A stretch of 64,000 nt of DNA from the NCBI GenBank assembly GCA_018823135.1, contig JAHJJF010000070.1, forward strand, positions 8,990 to 72,989, in the 5' to 3' direction. A program made the position numbers and the translations under genes. The stretch is from Pseudomonadota bacterium. Its GTDB lineage: Bacteria > Desulfobacterota > Desulfobulbia > Desulfobulbales > CALZHT01. Below the pieces are notes generated by a model. It did not search any database and was not told the DNA's origin. It saw nothing but the letters and a program-made list of their open reading frames with translations. Positions 1-8,169 of the stretch are shown piece after piece. Position 1 is the stretch's first letter, and every line of letters starts with the position of its first letter.

Positions 1-60
1 GGTAAAAAATTAAATCAGAATTCTTGGTTTCAAAGAATATATCACGTAGGAGGATTTATC

Positions 61-855
61 ATGCGATGTCATGAAGTTGATTATGAAATAATCGGCGATG
101 ATATGCAGATCGTCGAAATTGAACTGGATCCGGGTGAAACGGTGATCGCCGAGGCCGGGGCAATGAATTACATGGATGATGGAATCGCTTTTGAAGCAAA
201 AATGGGGGACGGCTCCATGCCTGATGCGGGGTTCATGAGTAAACTCATGGGCGTCGGCAAGCGGGTGCTCGCCGGCGAATCCATATTCCTGACCCATTTC
301 ACCAACAAGGGAGCTGGAAAAAAGCGGGTGGCCTTTGCCGCGCCTTATCCCGGCAAAATAATTGCCCTTGATCTGGGTGGAATCGGCGGCGAGCTTTATT
401 GCCAGAAAGATGCTTTTCTCTGCGCGGCGCTGGGAACTGAGGTTGGCATTGCTTTTACGCAACGTCTGGGCGCCGGATTTTTCGGCGGTGAGGGTTTCAT
501 CCTCCAGCGGTTAAGGGGCGATGGCATGGCCTTTGTCCATGCCGGCGGCACAGTTATCAGGAAAAAGCTCAACAATGAAATCATTCGGGTTGATACGGGT
601 TGCATCGTTGCCTTTTCACCGGGAATTGATTACAGCATTGAACAGGCAGGCGGGTTGAAGTCGATGTTCTTTGGCGGTGAGGGGATGTTTCTTGCAACCT
701 TAAAAGGATCAGGTGAAGTGTATCTGCAGAGTCTGCCATTTTCAAGGATGGCGGATCGCATATTGCAGCATGCGCCCTCTGTGTCAGGACGCAGCAAGGG
801 AGAAGGCTCAGTTCTTGGTGGGATTGGCCGGATGCTTGACGGCGATAATTACTGA
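61..855 (+). CDS. AIM24 / TIGR00266-family protein (DUF124)
   Basis: 264-aa ORF with AGGAGG 7 nt upstream of the ATG. N-terminus [35 protein letters not shown] and the Gly-rich C-half match my memory of this family. Confidence 0.8.
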   Translation: MRCHEVDYEIIGDDMQIVEIELDPGETVIAEAGAMNYMDDGIAFEAKMGDGSMPDAGFMSKLMGVGKRVLAGESIFLTHFTNKGAGKKRVAFAAPYPGKIIALDLGGIGGELYCQKDAFLCAALGTEVGIAFTQRLGAGFFGGEGFILQRLRGDGMAFVHAGGTVIRKKLNNEIIRVDTGCIVAFSPGIDYSIEQAGGLKSMFFGGEGMFLATLKGSGEVYLQSLPFSRMADRILQHAPSVSGRSKGEGSVLGGIGRMLDGDNY

Positions 856-876
856 TTGGATGTGTTGGTTATCCAG

Positions 877-989
877 GGGCAAAGGGACAGAGGGACAAAG
901 TTTTAAAAGGAGTTCTTTGGGAGAAGAATTTTTTCACTTTGTGCCTCTGTAACTCTGTGCCCAAGCTATCGACTTTCAGTCGATAGTGG
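877..989. repeat. Structured intergenic repeat, copy A (inverted-repeat pair plus CTATCGACT/AGTCGATAG palindrome)
   Basis: IR arms lie at 877-900 and 937-962. The core CTTTGTGCCTC (937-947) is followed by GCTATCGACTTTCAGTCGATAG (965-986). The same blocks occur in the same order at 19207-19240. Confidence 0.6.
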
Positions 990-1305
990 TTGACTTTATG
1001 TGGCGGACTTTTTGCTGACGCGACTTTTCGAAGTCTCGTTTCTCCTGTTTATCAACGAGTCCAGTATGAATTTGACTTCACAATGACTTACGTCGTATGA
1101 TTGAGTGTCAACGTTAGATTGAAAGAGGCAAACCTGTTGAAAGGTAAGGGCGCAAAGCACCGGGTCTGAAACCAATACGTCATGACTGCTGTGCTGCCGT
1201 TTCTTCTGATCGTTTCAGCTTTCATTTTCCTGATCGCCTTTAACGGGTTCCTTGCGTTTGCTTCACGAACAAAAGGAAGTTTCATACCAGCAAAGGAGGG
1301 TGAAC

Positions 1306-2139
1306 ATGACCATGAAAATTAATTCCAACACTTCGGCGCTGTTCAGCTTTAACCGTCTCCAGGAAAATTATCAGGCCTTCACCAAATCACTGGAAAGGCT
1401 TTCTTCCGGCAGAAGAATTAACCAGGCAGCTGATGATTCATCCGGTATGTCCATTGCCAATGCGCTGGAAAGCCAGAAACGCGGATTCGGACAAGCTGTC
1501 AGAAATGCCACTGATGCGATTTCAATCGTGCAGACAGCCGATGGTGCCCTCGGTGAAATGAGCAACATTCTTCAGGAAATGCGGGTTAAAGCTCTCCAGG
1601 CCTCCTCGGACAGCCAGTCCGTTGATTCACGAAGGGCCTTGCAGGCCGGCATCAACAGATCGGTTTCAACGCTGAACGATATTTCCCGGAATACGTCTTA
1701 CAACGGCCAGATACTTCTCTCCGGGCAATTTACCGACAAGAATTTTCAGGTGGGGGCAACTTCCGGGGAAACCATTTCTGTGAGTATCGGATCGGTCACA
1801 CCAGATCAACTGGGAGGAGGGAATCTTTCAGAACTTAATGTTACTACCTTTGAGGGAGCCCAGGATGCCATTACTGCAATTGATGAAGCGCTAAGCCAGC
1901 TTAACTCGGAAAGGTCTGGCCTGGGTTCAACACAGAATCAACTGAGGTCGTCCATTTCAAATTTATCAAACTCATTTGTCAATGCAGCGGCAGCAGAGTC
2001 AACCATTGCTGATGTTGATTTCGCCGATGAATCTGCAACTTTTTCAAATTTCCGCCTTTTGCTTAAAGCCAATATTTTCGCGTTGTCGCAAGCAAACAAG
2101 GTGAAAGAATCCAGCGTGATGAACCTTCTGCAGGGCTAA
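1306..2139 (+). CDS. fliC: Flagellin (short, ~277 aa)
   Basis: GGAGGG lies 6 nt upstream of the ATG at 1306 (the track ORF starts earlier, at 1252). The N-terminal domain MKINSNTSAL...LERLSSGRRINQAADDSSGMSIAN...AISIVQTADGAL and a flagellin-type C-terminus ...ALSQANKVKESSVMNLLQG are both present. Confidence 0.9.
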   Translation: MTMKINSNTSALFSFNRLQENYQAFTKSLERLSSGRRINQAADDSSGMSIANALESQKRGFGQAVRNATDAISIVQTADGALGEMSNILQEMRVKALQASSDSQSVDSRRALQAGINRSVSTLNDISRNTSYNGQILLSGQFTDKNFQVGATSGETISVSIGSVTPDQLGGGNLSELNVTTFEGAQDAITAIDEALSQLNSERSGLGSTQNQLRSSISNLSNSFVNAAAAESTIADVDFADESATFSNFRLLLKANIFALSQANKVKESSVMNLLQG

Positions 2140-2623
2140 GCAGGTTACCTTTTTCCTTAGAAAAGACTCGTATATCCATGTGGAATGCGGGTCTTTTTAT
2201 GTTGTCTTCTTGAAAGTCATATTTTTTGCTTCGGTACGCTAAACAGAGAAAACTGCTTCTGGTAAATATTTTGTGATTCCAATTTATTTGCTGAAAAAAT
2301 CCCATGGTATTTTTAAAGGCTTCCTAACATTTATTAATCCTTGTTAAAAAATAAATTCCAGAAAAGTGAAATTTTTGATGGGCGTTACATGAAAGGCTAA
2401 GTATGGAAAAAGCGTATTGATTCAAGAGGGTTACAGCCTGACGTGCATTATGTGTATTAAGTACTTTTTAACCTGACACCATAAAGTAGGATGATTTGCT
2501 TTTCTTTTTGCTTGATTTTTGTCGGGTGTTCGCATAATTATGTTTCCGTATCAAAAAGTTCTAAGGACAATTATTAACACGGACTAGTATCTTTAGATTC
2601 GTTCAAGGATAAAATATATAATT

Positions 2624-2926
2624 ATGACTGACTCCGAAGCACTTCTTAAGGATTTGAAGATCAGGGAAGCGGCAACTTGCTTGAAAACCCTGGCCCATGA
2701 ATCACGATTGCGTGTCATGTGTGCTCTTGTAGATGGCGAAAAAAACGTACAGGAACTGATGAAAGTTACCGGCGCTAGCCAATCAAACCTTTCACAGCAC
2801 CTTGCAAAAATGAGGGATAAAGGGCTTCTGGAATTCAGACGGGAGGCCAACCAGATTTTCTACAGTATTGCTGATCGCAAACTTCTTGAGATCCTCACCG
2901 CCCTTCGTACTATTTTCTGTAACTAA
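2624..2926 (+). CDS. ArsR/SmtB-family HTH transcriptional regulator
   Basis: 100-aa ORF. LKTLAHESRLRVMCAL...NVQELMKVTGASQSNLSQHLAKMRDKGLL is the ArsR winged-helix signature. Confidence 0.85.
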   Translation: MTDSEALLKDLKIREAATCLKTLAHESRLRVMCALVDGEKNVQELMKVTGASQSNLSQHLAKMRDKGLLEFRREANQIFYSIADRKLLEILTALRTIFCN

Positions 2927-3079
2927 ACATAATATTTAGTTGTCGCTTTAAATCATTCTCCAATTCTTTCACTGTATTCTCCTAAGACATTGCCATTGTT
3001 ATATATCCTTATCGGGTGCTTTTTGCGATATATAGAGGCGAAAATCCTATCCCTGTCAGGGTTATAACCGGGCTTTCCC

Positions 3080-3106
3080 AAAAAAAAGGCCGGCTAAAAG
3101 CCGGCC
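3080..3106 (-). terminator. Rho-independent terminator downstream of the octaheme cytochrome gene
   Basis: GGCCGGC-taaaa-GCCGGCC stem-loop (3088-3106) is preceded on + by A8, which reads as a U-tract on the minus strand. It lies 46 nt after the stop codon. Confidence 0.6.
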
Positions 3107-3151
3107 CTCGAGGAGAAGGGATGATGGTCCCTTTTGGAGAAGAGTAAAAAA

Positions 3152-4555
3152 TCAATTTGCAGGTGTTTGTCCTGAAGTTTTGCTGTTCATTGGATCGCCG
3201 TCATAGCCGAGTTTTTTCCAAGGCATGCGGCCAGAATCTCCATGACAGTCTAGGCAATTTAAAGCCTGTTCCTTCGGAGAAACCATATGGTTGATCCGCC
3301 AGAACATTTCCGTGGAAGCAAAGGCGTATTCTCCACTGTAGCCGAGGCCGCTTGCCTGCATGCCCAGTCGAGCGGCCTTATCCCAATCGAAGTCCTTCCA
3401 ATAACCGCCGTCTCCAAACACCTTTGCGGTAATGAAAATATTGTTTTTGGAATCATATATCTGTTTTCCGCGATGGACCTTGAAAGGATATATTTTTGCA
3501 TTCGAATCATTCCGGTCGCCAAGGGGATAAGTGAGGCTGGTAATTTTTTCAGGATCCATTTTATCTCCAGGCATGTAAGCGCCAGCGTGACCATTATACC
3601 AGGCATATTCCGGTTCCACCATTTTACCCCAGGTGAAGGATCCCTTTTTCTTCATATAGGAATGTTTGCCGTATTGATCAAGAGACGATTCAAGATCCTG
3701 ACCGGCTGTAGACCAGTCCCATGAGAGTTTTGTTGGGATGTTTTTAGCATAAAACGGAATGTGGCAAGTCTGGCAGGCCACTTTACCTGCATGGGCATTC
3801 AACCTGGACTCAGCATGCGGTGCCTGATCATGGCAATTTTCACAGCCGACATGATCTTTGCCGCCGGGGGTTACACTCATCGCATGTCCGGCAATTTTAT
3901 GCGATTCGGTTGTGTGGCATTTCTGGCATGAAAAATCGTTTCCTTCGGCGTCCATATGCACATCAGTTGCTTTGTCGGGATACGACATTGAGGAATCAAG
4001 ATCGCCATGTTTCACCGCATCGCCACCACCGCCGAAAAAATGACAAACGCCGCAGTTATCTCTGACCGGTTTGCCAACATTTTGTGCGACATGTAAAAGG
4101 TCTACTTTACTTCCGGGCATCCCTGCACCAGTGGACTCTTTTACATAGGTTCCTGTGGTGTCATGGCAGACCAGGCAATCCACTGCAGTTTTATCTTTAA
4201 AATCAAAGGACGCGTCTTTCCAGCCATAGCCAATGTGGCAGCTGGTACAGCGCGGCCAGTTGCCGGCCACCGAGGTGCAGAAATTATTGATGGCGTTTTT
4301 CTTGCCACGCTCTACGGTTTTGCCATTGATTTCCTGTTTCATTGACCAGGTCCAATGAGTTGACATCATGACGGAATCAGCTTGTTTCTCGTGACATTCC
4401 AGGCATTGTTTTGTTGCCTCAGGGCCTGAACTGATCGGACCGGTTATGAACGAAGTATGCTCTGAATCTGCCGCAACGACAAGGGTGGTTGATAATGTTA
4501 TTGACGCGAAAAATGTCAGCATCAATATGCAAATAGTTTTTTTTGCAGCAATCAT
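3152..4555 (-). CDS. Octaheme c-type cytochrome, tetrathionate-reductase (Otr) family
   Basis: Eight CxxCH motifs counted: CLECH, CTSCH, CLVCH, CGVCH, CQKCH, CENCH, CQTCH, CLDCH. The start is placed at MIAAKKTICILML (signal-peptide-like) with GAGGTG upstream. The NNFCTSVAGNWPRCTSCHIGYGW region matches my memory of Otr. Confidence 0.85.
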   Translation of the reverse strand: MIAAKKTICILMLTFFASITLSTTLVVAADSEHTSFITGPISSGPEATKQCLECHEKQADSVMMSTHWTWSMKQEINGKTVERGKKNAINNFCTSVAGNWPRCTSCHIGYGWKDASFDFKDKTAVDCLVCHDTTGTYVKESTGAGMPGSKVDLLHVAQNVGKPVRDNCGVCHFFGGGGDAVKHGDLDSSMSYPDKATDVHMDAEGNDFSCQKCHTTESHKIAGHAMSVTPGGKDHVGCENCHDQAPHAESRLNAHAGKVACQTCHIPFYAKNIPTKLSWDWSTAGQDLESSLDQYGKHSYMKKKGSFTWGKMVEPEYAWYNGHAGAYMPGDKMDPEKITSLTYPLGDRNDSNAKIYPFKVHRGKQIYDSKNNIFITAKVFGDGGYWKDFDWDKAARLGMQASGLGYSGEYAFASTEMFWRINHMVSPKEQALNCLDCHGDSGRMPWKKLGYDGDPMNSKTSGQTPAN

Positions 4556-4568
4556 TGTGTCACCTCTA

Positions 4569-4892
4569 TCAACCACAGAGTTGCGGAGAAGCTGAATCAG
4601 CAGCATGGTCAATTAGAAATTGTTGGATATCTCGGATGTCTTTTTCAGAAAGATTGTTGAAGGATTCGGGGTTTTTCTTGTGCTTGTCTTTTTCGAAAAA
4701 GCGTGTCCACTGATTTTGTGTCTTTGATACCGGGGTTAATTCTGCGCCGTCGCCGTCTTTGACATGACAGGTTTTGCAGTTTTTCTTGTAGAGAAACTTG
4801 CCTTTTTTGGGGTTTCCCTGTGCTGCAACAACAGTAGATGCAGTGAATGCTACCAGGAAGAGTGCAATGATAAGCTTTGTGATCCTTTTCAT
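4569..4892 (-). CDS. Small secreted monoheme cytochrome c
   Basis: 107 aa with a signal peptide MKRITKLIIALFLVAFTASTVVAA, a single CKTCH motif, and a GGAG RBS. It ends 13 nt before the octaheme gene, so the two likely form an operon. Confidence 0.75.
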   Translation of the reverse strand: MKRITKLIIALFLVAFTASTVVAAQGNPKKGKFLYKKNCKTCHVKDGDGAELTPVSKTQNQWTRFFEKDKHKKNPESFNNLSEKDIRDIQQFLIDHAADSASPQLCG

Positions 4893-4932
4893 TTTTTATC
4901 TCCTTATACTGTGGGCTGAGCCCTTTCAGGTT

Positions 4933-4958
4933 ATTTAGAATAGTAGGATATTCTAAAT
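4933..4958. promoter_or_regulatory. Perfect 10-6-10 palindrome ATTTAGAATA-gtagga-TATTCTAAAT in the cytochrome operon leader
   Basis: Read directly from the sequence. It lies 41-66 nt upstream of the start codon at 4892 and downstream of the candidate promoter. It could be an operator or an RNA hairpin. Confidence 0.4.
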
Positions 4959-5019
4959 ATGTTTGTGAAAAAGAAGGCGCTGTGGCGCCGTTAAGTAATT
5001 AATTAAATCCTTAACTACT

Positions 5020-5048
5020 ATATTAGCAAAGAGTGATATAGCAGTCAA
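5020..5048 (-). promoter_or_regulatory. Candidate sigma-70 promoter of the cytochrome operon
   Basis: On the minus strand the sequence reads TTGACT-N17-TAATAT. Confidence 0.4.
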
Positions 5049-5409
5049 TAAAAAAATATATTTAAATTAGAAAATTTCGGGGTGTATTATTATTTAGTTT
5101 CAAATATTAGAAAAAACCTCACAGCAAAGTAAGTACTCCGGACGCAGCTGGTTACCACCCGAGGGATATTTCTGCTGAAATGTCTTTTATGAGATTCGCT
5201 TGTTGGCTCGCAGTAATCAATAATATTATGATTTGGTTAATGCACCCAAGAAGCATAGTTTTCCTGATCATGTTCAGTTGAACGCAAAAGCGATTGATCT
5301 CTTTCATCGATAAATGAATTGAACAATGAATAATATTATCAGCAGCCATATTTTTTATTACAAACCCCAGCCATTTCTGGCACTGAAGGAGCTTGGCGGC
5401 AATGATATA

Positions 5410-5778
5410 ATGGGGCTGGTTGATCTTCAGGATGAGACACGGGGAAGAGATGAAATAGATTATCGAATTCTATGTAAAAGATGTAATTTCCAAATAACCT
5501 CGGCAAAGAAAAAAATTGAGATTAATGGCGCTCACCGACACACCTTTTATAATCCTGAGGGGGTCATTTATGATATCGGTTGCTTCTCATCGGCAAAGGG
5601 AAGTCACAATCATGGCGGGAAATCTTTTTATTTTACCTGGTTTGAAGGTTATTCGTGGTGCTTTTCGGTTTGCAGCAGTTGTTTAACGCATTTGGGGTGG
5701 TATTTTGAACACAGTCGGGATGCGGGAGGATTTTACGGATTGGTCACCAGCAAACTGATTGAGGGGCAGGTCTGTTGA
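5410..5778 (+). CDS. Bacterial cereblon-isoform (CULT domain) protein
   Basis: Two CxxC pairs (CKRC, CSSC) and FTWFEGYSWCFSVCSSCLTHLGWYF match the CULT Zn site and tri-Trp cage (human CRBN has ..STWFPGYAW..C..C..HIGWKF). A start at M29 (5410) gives 122 aa, like known bacterial isoforms. The track ORF starts at 5326. Confidence 0.75.
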   Translation: MGLVDLQDETRGRDEIDYRILCKRCNFQITSAKKKIEINGAHRHTFYNPEGVIYDIGCFSSAKGSHNHGGKSFYFTWFEGYSWCFSVCSSCLTHLGWYFEHSRDAGGFYGLVTSKLIEGQVC

Positions 5779-5820
5779 TTTTAGACTTCTAGTTATTTCT
5801 CCATTATATCCGTAAAATTT

Positions 5821-6216
5821 CTATTCAGTCGGTGTATTGACCATCAGCCCGGGATTTTCTTCCAGTTCCTCTTTTAATCTCTCCGGATCAGGTGAATTGA
5901 AAACCATAATCTTTTCAAAATGCCTGTAATCGGTATATTCGATTGATTGAAAGAGTATTCCGACTCCTGATTCAGTTGCGCGGACTATTTTGCTTTCGAT
6001 ATCGAGAATAAGATCTGAGTCGGATCCGGAGGCAAGAATGAGTTGTAGAAGGCAGTTTTTTCTGTATGTGGTTTCTGCAAGTTCAGGACAGGTGAAAAAA
6101 ACGCCGCCGAAACTGATATCTTCGGTTGAGCCGGTAAAGTGTTGTCCGTCAGGAAAAATTAACTTTGCCTGGATTTCAATGTTGAGGCGTGAATGTTTTC
6201 GTTTTTCGGTAAACAT
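5821..6216 (-). CDS. PilZ-domain protein (c-di-GMP receptor type)
   Basis: 131 aa. Both PilZ motifs are present: RKHSR (RxxxR) and DISFGG (DxSxxG). Confidence 0.85.
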   Translation of the reverse strand: MFTEKRKHSRLNIEIQAKLIFPDGQHFTGSTEDISFGGVFFTCPELAETTYRKNCLLQLILASGSDSDLILDIESKIVRATESGVGILFQSIEYTDYRHFEKIMVFNSPDPERLKEELEENPGLMVNTPTE

Positions 6217-6691
6217 GATTACCCGGTTTTGTCTGTGGTTTTTTCTTAGTTAATTTCAAGGAAGTATTTGTAAATTATATCATTTGGATTTGGTTAATAA
6301 TACTATAAAGATTACTAAAATGAAGGTGACTTTGGTAATATTTGTCGATTCCGGAGTTAATGCGAATAAATAGGAGCGTCAAAGGTGACCTTCAGGGCAA
6401 AGGTTTTCCATAAACTTCTTAATTTTCAGTTTTTAGATATCGAGAACATCCCCTGTTATAGCCTTGTATACCTGCAACACTGCATAACGGTCAGGTCTGC
6501 AGCCATCAAAAGAGTCAATTTTTCCCACATGTAGTAATCCAAAGCGGCAATATCTGCATCGTTTTTATTTTCCCATGAGTCGCGAAGCAAAGCTAAGCCA
6601 TCGAATACCACAAAGTAGTACTTAAGAATTATCTTATATTATCAACTTGTTATCTTCTGTTGTAGTGATTAATGCTTGTGTCGCGTGGCAG

Positions 6692-6707
6692 TGGCATTGT
6701 AATTGCA
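6692..6707 (+). promoter_or_regulatory. Candidate sigma-54 (-24/-12) promoter
   Basis: TGGCAT-tgtaa-TTGCA matches the consensus TGGCAC-N5-TTGCW with correct spacing. It lies 141 nt upstream of the methyltransferase start. Confidence 0.55.
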
Positions 6708-6847
6708 AATTAAGCAGCGCGTCATCAATGCAAACAACTGTTCCGCATTAATTCCGACAATTGGAGCATTTAAATTTTAAATTGAAATGACAACTGGGTT
6801 TTCATGCAACAATTTCGAATAATTGAAATTTCTCATGGAGGTTTCCG

Positions 6848-7936
6848 ATGGGCCAAATGGATCGAGGGGGTGTTGCGGTAGAAAATAAACTGGCGTTTTA
6901 TGGTGAGAAATCATTTCTGCCTTTAACACGGGATGATGTGTCCGGATGGTTTGAGGTATTGGATCGGGCCACGGATGATTTATGCAGCCGGCTTAATGCA
7001 ATTGACATCAGGAGCCAAAAACCCTCTGAAAGCAAAGATGAATTACTCAAAGAAACGTATGCAGCAGTCCATGATATTTGCCAGGTATGTATGAAGATTG
7101 ATGAACTCCTTGCGGATAATAAGGATTTATTACGCGAAAAGCGGCTGGAATTTCACAAAAAAACCCAATCTGTAATTACAAAAAGTAAGTTGGCGTTACA
7201 TGCACGAACATGGCCCTTCGGCTATCCTGGTGATCATACAATAATAGAAGACGTTTACCGGAATTCTCCGAAATCTCTTGGGGTCGGTTATTTTCTTGAT
7301 ATGAAATTTCTTACAGCTGATCTGGCCGTTGGCATAAGGGATAGAATGCTGCTTATGCGTGAATTGTTAAAAGCAGAGCTTTATGAAAGAGACGCCCCGA
7401 AGATTCTTAACATCGGTTGCGGTTCGTCCAGGGAAATATTTGAGATTGCCCCTTTGATTAAAATGTCGGGAGCAAATGTCACTTGTGTTGACTTTGATTC
7501 CGAAGCATTAAATTATTCAGCGTCAAGACTTTCATATGCTGATATTCTTCCTCAGGTAACTCTCAGGCAATACAATGCGTTGAGGATGATCAGCCATAAA
7601 CGAAATATGAAGGAATTTGGTCCGCAGGATGTCATTTACAGTATTGGCCTCCTTGACTATCTTGAAGATAACGTTTTGATCAGGCTTCTTAAGTCGCTCT
7701 ATGCCCTTTTGACTCCGGGTGGGAAATTAATCGCGGTTTTTAAGGACTGTGATAAATATGTCAGCCAGGAGTATACCTGGATGCTTGATTGGGATGCATT
7801 TTATAAGCGGACCTTTGATGAGAGCCGGGACTTAGTCGCTAAAGCCGGAATCCCTGAAGAATCCATAGAAATCAAGCGCAATAGCACCGGAGTTATCATT
7901 TTCTATTCCATTAACAAATCAGCAGAGTCTGAATAA
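6848..7936 (+). CDS. Class I SAM-dependent methyltransferase with ~170-aa N-terminal extension (PhcB-like?)
   Basis: The SAM motif I is ILNIGCGSSREI, followed by VDFDSEAL and LTPGGKLI. The N-terminal region contains WPFGYPGDHTIIEDVY. Confidence 0.8.
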   Translation: MGQMDRGGVAVENKLAFYGEKSFLPLTRDDVSGWFEVLDRATDDLCSRLNAIDIRSQKPSESKDELLKETYAAVHDICQVCMKIDELLADNKDLLREKRLEFHKKTQSVITKSKLALHARTWPFGYPGDHTIIEDVYRNSPKSLGVGYFLDMKFLTADLAVGIRDRMLLMRELLKAELYERDAPKILNIGCGSSREIFEIAPLIKMSGANVTCVDFDSEALNYSASRLSYADILPQVTLRQYNALRMISHKRNMKEFGPQDVIYSIGLLDYLEDNVLIRLLKSLYALLTPGGKLIAVFKDCDKYVSQEYTWMLDWDAFYKRTFDESRDLVAKAGIPEESIEIKRNSTGVIIFYSINKSAESE

Positions 7937-8028
7937 ATGTTGAAATTTGACGGTATGCTAATGAATGAAAGAGTAAATGCCGGAGGGAGATGACATTTAA
8001 TACACTTATATCCTGAAGGCTGAACAAG

Positions 8029-8101
8029 AAAAAAATGGGCGTTTTTAGATAGTTATGGTACTGTGTGTCCATAATTACTCTCTAAAAACGCCCATTTTTT
8101 T
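8029..8101. terminator. Long perfect hairpin (21-bp arms), probable bidirectional terminator
   Basis: AAAAAAATGGGCGTTTTTAGA (8029-8049) and TCTAAAAACGCCCATTTTTTT (8081-8101) are exact reverse complements. A nested TTATGG/CCATAA stem lies in the spacer. The arms begin and end in A7 and T7 runs. Confidence 0.6.
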
Positions 8102-8169
8102 CATTCGGATTTTCCTGGATATAATTTATATGACAAAGAAAAGACGACGTTAAATTCGCGGAAAGTATT

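Noticed and set aside
6420-6600. Minus-strand protein-like reading (..FDGCRPDRYAVLQVYKAITGDVLDI-stop, and an overlapping frame ..VVFDGLALLRDSWENKNDADIAALDYYMWEK..) in the PilZ/methyltransferase intergenic region. It could be a gene fragment.
   Set aside because: It has no start codon, needs a frame change, is shorter than 45 codons, and I recognise no family. I cannot distinguish it from chance.
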